This document shows, in pieces, positions 36,610-43,951 of a stretch of DNA of 64,000 bases; the first letter of the stretch is position 1; each line of letters opens with the position of its first letter. Below the pieces are notes generated by a model. That model was not told the DNA's origin. It did no database searches and saw nothing but the letters and a program-made list of their open reading frames with translations. The position numbers were made by a program, and so were the translations under genes. This stretch comes from an uncultured delta proteobacterium (GTDB lineage Bacteria; Myxococcota; Myxococcia; Myxococcales; UBA5297): NCBI GenBank assembly GCA_963772225.1, contig CAVYWD010000002.1, positions 2,138,872-2,202,871 on the forward strand, written 5' to 3'.

Positions 36610-38165
36610 GTCGCTTCTCCTTGGGGCTCGGGGACTGTGCCGCGGCACGGCAGCGCGTCGTACTCGGCGAGGTCGCGCGGCTCGGTGCAGCTCTGGGCGA
36701 CGGCGCTCTTGAGCTTCTTGGCCGAGGCCGCGGCGACGTACTCGTCGAGCCGGCGGCGGTCGGAGCGGGCGTTGAGGATCTTCTCGATGCTGACGTGCTC
36801 GAGAGCGCCGAAGCAGAGCGCGTGCGAGAGCGCCTTGCAGAGCTCGGCGGTGTCGTAGCCCTCGCGCAGCGAAAGGACCTTGCGCGCGTGGTAGCCGGCC
36901 GACCGCGAGTCGCGCCGCTCGAGCGCCGCCAGGTACTCCGCTCCGGGCCCCCCAAGATCCTGGAATGCGCGCCGCAGGTGCTCGAGGTCGGGCCCGCCCT
37001 CGGCGCGCGGGGGCCGATGCCCCGGCAGGATCGACTGCTGCTGCGCGCCGCGAGGCCTGAGCTCGTGCCGTGCCAGGCAGGTCAGGTCCGCTTTGTAGAC
37101 GAAGAGCTCATTCTCGGTGATGCGCACCGGGAGAATCTCGGTGACGTATTCATAGGGCAGGGAATATTCATTGGTCTCCCAGGTCATGAAGCCCTCGAGG
37201 TTGCAGAGCTTGTAGAGCACCCGCGCGGTGTCGTAGGGGTGGCGCGGCAGCGGCCGCAGCAGCGACTGCTCTTCGGCGAAGAGCTCCATCCGCGTGCGCC
37301 GCTTCATCCGCTTGATGGGGCGCAGGTCGGCGATGGTGTCCATCCACCGGGAGAGCTGGGCCTCGAGGTCGGCCAGGTCGCGGAATGAGCGGCCCCGGAA
37401 GAAGCTGAGGGAGAGCTCCCAGAAGCTCCGCTCGACCCGGGGCTTGCGGTTGGGGGCATGGCGCACGGCGACGGCGGAGAATTCGTAATAGGTGGCGAAA
37501 TCGACGAAGCGGGGATTGAGGATCGGCTGGTTGCCTTCCCAGCGCAGCACCACCGGCTTCTGGCTATCGTAGGTGCACCGGCGCGCGGCGCCCTGGAAGC
37601 GCGCGAAGGCGTGGCGGTGGCCGTCCATCAAAGGGTGCAGGCCGTTGCTCTCGAAGAAGCCGAAGTACTTCCGGGTCGAGTAGCGCAGTGCGTATCCGAA
37701 GGCCTGCAGGGTCATGGACGGCGCATGGGTGAATTCCACCGGGTAGGGCGACCAGTCGCACTCGCCCATGTCCCCCGGCACCCGCGGCGGCGTCTGGAGG
37801 CTCGGCTTGGGCGGCAACTTCGGGCGCAGGTTGCTCACCAGGACTTTCACGATGGTGTCGCCGCCTGCGTAGCCATGCTCGTCGCGCAAATGCTCGAAGA
37901 CCCGCTGCGCGGTGATGTCCGGATACTTCTCGAGCAGCTCGGTGATCAGGCTGCGAAAGGGGTCGAGCTTCGAGGCGCGGCGGCGCGAGCCGCGCACCCG
38001 TGGCAGCGCCGAGTGCGCAGTTTCGCGCGCCTCCTGGTGGCTCTTGACGATGCGCCGCACGGTGTTTCGGCTGATGTGCAGGGCCCGCGCGATCGCGCGC
38101 CAAGTCATCCCCTCCTTGTCGAGCTGCACCACGTCGTGGACCAGCTGCGGGTCAAGCGGAAGCAT
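36528..38165 (-). CDS. istA: IS21-family transposase IstA
   Basis: 545-aa ORF. The N-terminal HTH is MTWRAIARALHISRNTVRRIVKSH. The DDE integrase core is colinear with IstA proteins (CDWSPYPVEF...GFFESNGLHPLMDGH...CTYDSQKPVVLRWEG). Confidence 0.9.
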   Translation of the reverse strand: MLPLDPQLVHDVVQLDKEGMTWRAIARALHISRNTVRRIVKSHQEARETAHSALPRVRGSRRRASKLDPFRSLITELLEKYPDITAQRVFEHLRDEHGYAGGDTIVKVLVSNLRPKLPPKPSLQTPPRVPGDMGECDWSPYPVEFTHAPSMTLQAFGYALRYSTRKYFGFFESNGLHPLMDGHRHAFARFQGAARRCTYDSQKPVVLRWEGNQPILNPRFVDFATYYEFSAVAVRHAPNRKPRVERSFWELSLSFFRGRSFRDLADLEAQLSRWMDTIADLRPIKRMKRRTRMELFAEEQSLLRPLPRHPYDTARVLYKLCNLEGFMTWETNEYSLPYEYVTEILPVRITENELFVYKADLTCLARHELRPRGAQQQSILPGHRPPRAEGGPDLEHLRRAFQDLGGPGAEYLAALERRDSRSAGYHARKVLSLREGYDTAELCKALSHALCFGALEHVSIEKILNARSDRRRLDEYVAAASAKKLKSAVAQSCTEPRDLAEYDALPCRGTVPEPQGEATCEPPPPSKAPPPKPGSASSGTSTDSV

Positions 38166-39066
38166 CGGAGGCTCCTGGCGCCCCGAGGCGCGCGTCGAGG
38201 GTCCGGGTCAGGGCGGCCAGCGCACCGCGCAGCTCGACGAGCTCGCGCGAGACCACCTCGCACGCCGGCGCTCCCAAGCTGGCCAGCGACCGCTCCAAGA
38301 GCCGCGCGTGCAGGCGCGTCGAGAGGCGCTTCATCGCCCAGGCGTCCGCGACCATCTGCTCGCCGGGCGTGCGCCGCGGTGCACTGCCCTTGGGGGACTC
38401 GGCGGCCATGGGTGCGCTGGCTCGCTCCAGCAGCGCCGGCCACTCCGCTTCCTGGGCCGCGAGCAGCGAATCGACCAGGCGCGCGGTCTGCCGCGTGGTC
38501 AGCCCTCGTCGGGCTACCACCAGGCCCACAGCGTCCTGGTTGCCGCGCGGCAACCGCGAAAGCTCTCGCACCGCGGTGGCCGACAACAGCCCCAGCCGCA
38601 CATTCGCCGTCAGCTCGTCCGACAGGTCCTCTGCCAAAGCCAGACGCCGACACACCCAGCTCTTGTCCCGCCCGAGCAGAATCGCGATCTGCGGCTGGCT
38701 CACGTGGTCGTCGCGATAGAGGGAGCGCACCAGCCAGCCCTCCTCGAGCTCGCACAGACCCGCCCCGGCGTTGCAGCGCAACAGCCGCACCTTCGCCCCT
38801 GCAGAGTCGACGCCGTGGACCTCGACGCGCAGCTTCGACCACCCAAGCTCGCGCGAGGCGCTCAACCGCTTGAGTCCATCGAAGACCTCCAGCTTCTCGC
38901 CCATTCGAAAGGCCTGCACCGGCGTCAGCTGCCCGAGCTTCGAGAGCGACAGCTGCATCTGCTGCGTGGCCTCGCCCGCGCACAGTCGCACCGCCAAGAG
39001 CGAATCGCCCAGCTCGCTCGGCGCCATCTCGGTGCTCGCGGTCGACACGCCCGTCATGCGCGCCAC
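38152..39066 (-). CDS. ParB/Srx-like N-terminal domain + HTH protein, translationally coupled to istA
   Basis: 304-aa ORF. The ParB-N-like segment is KLEVFDGLKRLSASRELGWSKLRVEVHGV. The HTH is SQPQIAILLGRDKSWVCRRLALA. The stop at 38152 lies 14 nt inside istA (start 38165). Confidence 0.7.
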   Translation of the reverse strand: MARMTGVSTASTEMAPSELGDSLLAVRLCAGEATQQMQLSLSKLGQLTPVQAFRMGEKLEVFDGLKRLSASRELGWSKLRVEVHGVDSAGAKVRLLRCNAGAGLCELEEGWLVRSLYRDDHVSQPQIAILLGRDKSWVCRRLALAEDLSDELTANVRLGLLSATAVRELSRLPRGNQDAVGLVVARRGLTTRQTARLVDSLLAAQEAEWPALLERASAPMAAESPKGSAPRRTPGEQMVADAWAMKRLSTRLHARLLERSLASLGAPACEVVSRELVELRGALAALTRTLDARLGAPGASDASA

Positions 39067-39095
39067 CGTGCGCCCTCACCGAGATCCTTGGCCAT

Positions 39096-39319
39096 CCCGG
39101 CGCGTGACAGGGCCGTTTTTCCCTCTGAGAGAGCTCGAAGCCGGCGCGTGACACGTACCTGCGGTCACCCGCTGCCTGACGGCTCCTCAGAGGGAAAACG
39201 GCGACTCGCCGGCGCCGCCGAACGCCGAAGCATGCGCGTGACACTGCTCCGCTCTGCGCAAAACCCCGAGGTTTCCCCTGCTGCCGCGCCAACTTGGCCG
39301 CCGAAGCCGGCGCGTGACA
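39096..39319. repeat. array of four direct repeats (core GCGCGTGACA; three copies share CGAAGCNNGCGCGTGACA) plus nested inverted repeats
   Basis: Copies end at 39109, 39153, 39243 and 39319. Copies 2 and 4 are 18/18 identical and each is followed by GTCAC 11-12 nt later (GTGACA-N-GTCAC). CCGTTTTTCCCTCTGAG (39113-39129) pairs with CTCAGAGGGAAAACGG (39186-39201). Confidence 0.85.
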
Positions 39320-39331
39320 TCGCTCCACAGG

Positions 39332-39724
39332 TCACGGGCCTGCTCCCGCGCCTGGTGCGCACGAGCACAGCTCACGCAGCGCCTCGGTCAGGGCAGCGCG
39401 AGAAGGCCGCGGAGTCGCCAGCGCCAGCTCGAGCACGTCCTCGAGTCGCGCGCCGAACGAGCCCCCCTGGTCGCCCGCCTCCGGCGGCCCCGCGCCCGAT
39501 CGCAGGGCTCTCTTCTGGGCCCGGCATCGGGCTTGTCGCGCCTGCTCCGCCTTCCGGAACTCCTCAGGCGCCTTCGCTCGACGTTCGCGCGCCTGTCGCT
39601 TGCGTCTCGCCTGGCGACAGGCTTCGCTGCATGCATGCTGCGTCTCCGCCGCGCGAGGATTGGGGGAGTACCAACTCCTGCACTCGCTACACCGCCGACT
39701 GCGGACCTTCTTCCGGGGTCGCAT
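39332..39724 (-). CDS. small basic zinc-ribbon-like protein (hypothetical)
   Basis: 130-aa ORF MRPRKKVRSRRCSECRSWYSPNPRAAETQHACSEACRQARRKRQARERRAK... with a C-x2-C...C-x3-C pattern, followed by an Arg/Lys/Ala-rich helix. Confidence 0.5.
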   Translation of the reverse strand: MRPRKKVRSRRCSECRSWYSPNPRAAETQHACSEACRQARRKRQARERRAKAPEEFRKAEQARQARCRAQKRALRSGAGPPEAGDQGGSFGARLEDVLELALATPRPSRAALTEALRELCSCAPGAGAGP

Positions 39725-39775
39725 CCCTCGACCGTCACGCCGAAGGGGTCCTCCGGATACTTCTCGCCCTGAGAG

Positions 39776-41419
39776 CTACTCCGACTCCCTCGCCTCAACG
39801 ACCGGGTGGATCTCGAGGCCGCCGACAGGTGGATCTCGATCACGCCGCCGCTGAAGGCCAGGTGCTCGCGCTCTCCGAGGAGCTTCGCGCGCCGGGCGAA
39901 ATCGCGCATCAGTGCCCGCGGCAGCGCGGGCCTCGCTCCGGCGAGCTGGAGGAGATGGCAGTACCGATCCAGGAGCTCGTCGTCGTCGAGCCAGGCTGCG
40001 AACTCCGGGAAGAGCCGCCGGCCCGCCCCGGGCTCGGTCCCCGCGAGCTGGGCGCTCAGCGTCCGCGCCTGCGCCGGCGCGCGATTGACCAGGGCGAGAA
40101 CGGCGTCGAGCCGCGCCAGGCGCGAAGCCGGCGCCTCCTGGGCGTCGGAGCTCGCCGCGAGCAGTGCCCGCGCAAACAGCGCCAGCTCCCGGTCGCGTCC
40201 GGCAGCCTCCGTCCGGAAGATTCGACGGCGGCAACTTGAGCTCCACGCCGCTCGCCCGAAGCCGTGGGGCGAGGTCCAGCACCCAGCGCCCCCAGGCGCG
40301 CAGGGCGTCCACGTCCTCGATGTCCCGGAGTCCTTCCAGCCTCTTGGCCGCCGCCAGCTTCCCGAGCAGCTCGATTTCCAGCCCGCGCGCGAGGAGCTTC
40401 TGAGCGGCGGCGCGGTCATGGGGATTGAGCTTGAGCCGCAACAGCAGCAGCCCCTGCGCCATGGTCAAAGGCGCGCTCTCCGCCTGGGCGTTCGGCGACG
40501 ACAGCTCTCGCAGGACGAAGTGCACGTCGTCGGGCGTCAGCGCTCCGCTCGACTCGGGCAGAAAAAGAAGGGCGAGCAGCGCCAGGGCGCGCTCGAGCCG
40601 CCGGACGTAGTCGGGCTGCCGCGTCGAGCCGATCCGCGCCAGCTGGAGGGCGCCCGCGACCTCCACGGCCTCCGCGAGAATGGGCGGGAGCTCGCGGAGC
40701 TCCGCTGGGGTGTGCAGCGCAGCGCCGGGCCACGCCACGGCCTCGGCGAGAACCTCGTAGATGACCCGATCCCTGGCGCGGCCTGCGAAGCGCTGAGCGC
40801 GGGGCCTCAGCGTCGCGATGAACCCGTCGAGGACTTCCGCCGGAAGATCCGACTTCGCTCCGCGCTCCCCTCGGAACCGGGCGGCGATGGCCTCCACTCG
40901 CCGCTGCGCCGTCCTTCGCCGCTCCCGAGCCCAGGCGATCGATCGGGCCTTCCAGGCTGCGAGGGCGCGGCCCGCCTCCTCACCGCGGAGCGCCTCGACC
41001 AACTCGAGAGGCCCAGCAAGTCCTGGCGCAGACCGGAGCCTCGCCGAGAGCGCGTCGATCTGCGACTGCCGGCGCGCGAGCGTCGCGGCGTCCAACGATC
41101 CGTAGCGCCGGAGCGCCCGCAACTCGGCGGCCAGCTCCCGGAGATCGGGGTTCTGCACGAGGACTCTGAGGTCGCACTGAGCCGCGGCGAGAAAGCGAGG
41201 CGCGACCAGCGTCGGCGGGCGCTTCAGCTCGCAGAAGCGTTCCAGCGCCGCGGCCGAAACCCCGCCCTGCTCCCAGACGGCGTCGAGCAGAGCCGCCGGC
41301 AGCGAGATCGCGCGGACCTGGACCAGGTGCAATCCCTCGAGACAAGCGAGCGGTGCGCCCTCGAGCAGCGACAGCCGCAGCAGGGTTCTCTTGAGGTCGG
41401 CAACGGCGTCCTTACTCAT
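39776..41419 (-). CDS. large hypothetical protein, frameshifted as assembled (~40220, possibly again near the 3' end)
   Basis: The first ~400 codons of ORF 39776..41419 are protein-like (MSKDAVADLKRTLLRLSLLEGAPLACLEGLHLVQV...). After ...RASGVELKLPPS, the sensible sequence continues in the frame of ORF 39388..40419 (IFRTEAAGRDRELALFARALLAASSDAQ...FPEFAAWLDDDELLDRYCHLLQLAG...). No family is recognised. Confidence 0.5.
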   Translation of the reverse strand: MSKDAVADLKRTLLRLSLLEGAPLACLEGLHLVQVRAISLPAALLDAVWEQGGVSAAALERFCELKRPPTLVAPRFLAAAQCDLRVLVQNPDLRELAAELRALRRYGSLDAATLARRQSQIDALSARLRSAPGLAGPLELVEALRGEEAGRALAAWKARSIAWARERRRTAQRRVEAIAARFRGERGAKSDLPAEVLDGFIATLRPRAQRFAGRARDRVIYEVLAEAVAWPGAALHTPAELRELPPILAEAVEVAGALQLARIGSTRQPDYVRRLERALALLALLFLPESSGALTPDDVHFVLRELSSPNAQAESAPLTMAQGLLLLRLKLNPHDRAAAQKLLARGLEIELLGKLAAAKRLEGLRDIEDVDALRAWGRWVLDLAPRLRASGVELKLPPSNLPDGGCRTRPGAGAVCAGTARGELRRPGGAGFAPGAARRRSRPGQSRAGAGADAERPARGDRARGGPAALPGVRSLARRRRAPGSVLPSPPARRSEARAAAGTDARFRPAREAPRRARAPGLQRRRDRDPPVGGLEIHPVVEARESE

Positions 41420-41573
41420 GGAGGGGTGAAGGGACCTCGGATCCGCTCAGGGGCCCTCGGCCGCGAGAGCCACCACCTCTCTTGACCTGAAGGCGCCCGC
41501 CCGCCACCCTCACCTTCTCCAGAAGTCGAGCGACGGCGCACCCAGCGGCTCGGCTGGAAGGGCAAGGGGAAGC

Positions 41574-42842
41574 ATGAGGAAGAGAGCCCAATGGCCGCAT
41601 GTGCTCTTGGCTGCGGCCGCCTTCGCTGCCTGTAACCTCCCGGGAGGCATCGTCCCCGGTGACGCCCCCGCAGACGCTCGCACCGCGCCGATCGACGCCG
41701 GCGCTCCTGACGCTGGGGCACCAGGCTTCGATGCCGGGCATCGAGAGGACGCGGGCGGCTCCGACGCGAGGGCGCCAGCGCCCGATGCCAGCAGCGGCGA
41801 TGCTTCCATTTCGAACGCTGATGCCGGACCCGCCGACGGAGGGTTCTTCCTCATCGGCGCGGACGTCTCGTGGGTCCCCGAGGACGAGAGCGCCGGGGCG
41901 CGCTTCGTGGACACCGACGGGAAAGAAAGGGAGATCCTCGCCCTCCTGAAGAACCACGGATTCAATGCCATTCGCCTGCGAACGTTCGTGGACCCCGCCG
42001 CCGCGGACGGCTACTCCGCCTCGGGCTACTGCGACTTGAGTCACACGGTGGCCATGGCTCGGCGGGTCAGAGATGCGGGAATGAGGCTCTGCCTCGATCT
42101 TCACTACAGCGACAATTGGGCCGACCCCGGCAAGCAATGCATTCCTGTGGCGTGGCAGGGCCTGTCGGCGGCCCAGATGGCCCAGGCTGTTCACGACTAC
42201 ACCCGAGACGTCCTCTCGGCGCTGGACGCCGCGGGGGCGGCTCCCGATCTGGTGCAGATCGGCAACGAGATCACGCCAGGAATGCTCATCCACGTCTGCG
42301 ATTCGAAGGGCAGCCCCCAGTCGACCAGCGCCGTCAACGGAAGCACCGCAAGCTGGGCAAACCTGGCCAAATTCCTGAAAGCCGGGGTTCAGGCCGTCCG
42401 CGAGAGCAACCCCGGCATTCTCACGGTGGTTCACCTCGACCGCGGAGGCAGCGCCAGCGCGAGCTCCACCTGGATCAAGAATGCTCGGGCGAACGGCGTT
42501 CAATTCGACGTCTTTGCAGAATCGTGCTACGTGGCCTTCCAGGGCCAGCCGAGCGCATGGAAGACGACCTTCGATTCACTGGCCAGCAGCTATCCCGATC
42601 TCAAGCTCGCGATCGCCGAATACAACAATGAGGCCGTTTCGAGCCTCGCCGGCGAGACGAGCATGCAAGCCGCCTACGACGTCGTCTCCGGCCTCCCCGC
42701 TGCTCAAGGAATCGGGACTTTCTTCTGGGAGCCCACGCGCTCGGGCACCTGGGGCAGCGGCTTGTTCACGGCCAAAAGCAACGTGCGCACGGCCATCCCG
42801 AGCGCGATGGCCGTCTACGATCAATGGAAGGCGTCGCGCTGA
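41574..42842 (+). CDS. arabinogalactan endo-beta-1,4-galactanase (GH53) lipoprotein
   Basis: Lipobox AAAFAAC, a low-complexity Asp/Ala/Gly linker, then GADVSWVPEDE...NAIRLRTFVDP...LDLHYSDNWADPGKQ...VQIGNEIT...IAEYN...FFWEP, which is colinear with GH53 GanB-type enzymes. Confidence 0.8.
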   Translation: MRKRAQWPHVLLAAAAFAACNLPGGIVPGDAPADARTAPIDAGAPDAGAPGFDAGHREDAGGSDARAPAPDASSGDASISNADAGPADGGFFLIGADVSWVPEDESAGARFVDTDGKEREILALLKNHGFNAIRLRTFVDPAAADGYSASGYCDLSHTVAMARRVRDAGMRLCLDLHYSDNWADPGKQCIPVAWQGLSAAQMAQAVHDYTRDVLSALDAAGAAPDLVQIGNEITPGMLIHVCDSKGSPQSTSAVNGSTASWANLAKFLKAGVQAVRESNPGILTVVHLDRGGSASASSTWIKNARANGVQFDVFAESCYVAFQGQPSAWKTTFDSLASSYPDLKLAIAEYNNEAVSSLAGETSMQAAYDVVSGLPAAQGIGTFFWEPTRSGTWGSGLFTAKSNVRTAIPSAMAVYDQWKASR

Positions 42843-42869
42843 AACCGGGGCGCGAACGCGGCCTCGGCC

Positions 42870-43047
42870 TCAGGCCGGCACGTCGGAGACCCGCGGCGAC
42901 CGCCGCGAATCGATCCGCGAGCGCCGCCGGCATCGCTTCGTGCACCTGGCCGGCGCGCACCACGCCCCCGGAGCCCGGCAGATCGCGGGTCGCGCAGGCC
43001 GAGGCCACGACGGTCGCCTGAAACCCGAGGTCGAGGCTCTCGATGAC
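42870..43047 (-). pseudogene. C-terminal fragment of an isochorismatase-family hydrolase gene
   Basis: Within ORF 42766..43140, only the segment VIESLDLGFQATVVASACATRDLPGSGGVVRAGQVHEAMPAALADRFAAV looks like protein, and it matches the C-terminal third of isochorismatase-like hydrolases. It is cut at ~43047, where the IS91-type fragment starts. Confidence 0.35.
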
Positions 43048-43690
43048 CGAGAACGACAGCGGCAAGGTCGTCCTGAAGCCCAGGCGCCCGCTGGCAGACG
43101 GTAGGGCTGAGCTGGAGATGACCCCGGTCACCCTGCTCAAGCGCTTGGCGGGCCTGGTGCCCCGGCCCAGAAGCCACGCGATCCACTACTACGGCGGGTT
43201 CGCCAACCACGCGAAACTGCGCAGTCGGATCGTTCCGCGCAGCCCGAGGATCCGCAGGCGCTGCCGAGGTGCGCCCAAGCTCCAAGGCCAGCTCGAATTG
43301 CCACTGCCCGACTTCATGCCGAGCTTCGGCGACCACGTGGACCTGCTGCAACGGGTCAAGGCGCCGGCCCCACGAGCGAGGGAGCTCGATTGGCCCTCTT
43401 TATTGAGACGAACGTTCGGGTCTGAAATCTTCAACTGTGACTGCGGAGGGCGGCCGTGTGGTGGCGTACGTGAGCGACCGAGCCCAGGCGGTGGCGATAC
43501 TCGAGAAGCTGGGGTTGCCCACGCAGGCACCGGCGATCGCACGGGCCCGCGGACCGCCGCGCCAGGAAGAGCTGTTCGACCGGCCATCCGGCGACTTCGC
43601 CGCCGACCCGATCTACCCGGACGGCGAAGGCACCTCGGCGAGGCTTGCTCGTCGAGTCGGGGATGATCTCAGCCTCAACTCAATTTTGCC
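43043..43690 (+). pseudogene. 3' fragment of an IS91-family (Y2, rolling-circle) transposase gene, also frameshifted (~43452)
   Basis: ORF 43043..43666 reads GRAELEMTPVTLLKRLAGLVPRPRSHAIHYYGGFANHAKLRSRIVP...LDWPSLLRRTFGSEIFNCDCGGR. It continues in ORF 43437..43847 as RVVAYVSDRAQAVAILEKLGLPTQAP...PPRQEELFD. This is the conserved C-terminal third of IS91-family transposases; the N-terminal two thirds are missing. Confidence 0.65.
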
Positions 43691-43820
43691 ACCAAAGACG
43701 CTCGCGGCGGCTCCGCCCCGCCGGACCGTTCGGAGGTCTCCGGCCACCCCGCCCTCCGACGCCAACGGGGGAAACGCAGTTCGAAACGCCTGCGCTCCCC
43801 AGGGCGGGGCCCTCGATGAG
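43421..43820 (+). repeat. IS91-type 3'-end sequence, copy A (inverted partner at 45846..46121)
   Basis: For example, GGTCTCCGGCCACCCCGCCCTCCGACGCCAACGGGGGAAACGCAGTTCGAAACGCCTGCGC (43733-43795) aligns with the reverse complement of 45866-45930 (GGTCTCCGACCCCTCCCGCCTTCCGACGCTGGCTGGGGAAACGCAGCTCGAAACGCCTACGC). Similarity extends to both sides, with one ~125-bp gap in copy B. Confidence 0.75.
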
Positions 43821-43951
43821 TTCGCCAGCCCGGCGCCAGCGCGATAGCCGAGCTGAAATCGAGGCCCTGTCGCCTACTGCATGAAGCGCGCCCGGCCAGA
43901 CACTGCTCGCCCTCGAGCACGTCCAATTCCTACGCTGTGTGAGCCTTCGAC

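Larger units (their letters stand above)
35377..39319 (-). mobile_element. IS21-family element with extra ORFs (ParB-like - IstA - IstB - small ORF); ends tentative
   Basis: Contains istA/istB. The candidate left end is TGTCACGCGCCGGCTTCGG (minus-strand read from 39319). The candidate right end is TGTCCCCGCGCTGGACTCGT (plus-strand read from 35377), about 15/20 matching. There are multiple end-proximal direct repeats on the istA side, as in IS21. No clean target-site duplication was found. Confidence 0.45.

Noticed and set aside
39096-39319. Considered whether the four direct repeats are a mini CRISPR array.
   Set aside because: There are only four copies, spaced irregularly (44, 90 and 76 bp). 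The repeats are short and variable, and no cas genes are present. The context fits IS-end or ParB binding sites.
43770-43800. tRNA-like GTTCGAAAC motif (also inverted at ~45880). It was considered as a tRNA fragment or att site.
   Set aside because: No 5-bp T-stem with a 7-nt loop, and no acceptor or anticodon arms, can be drawn. The motif is part of the duplicated IS91-type end sequence.
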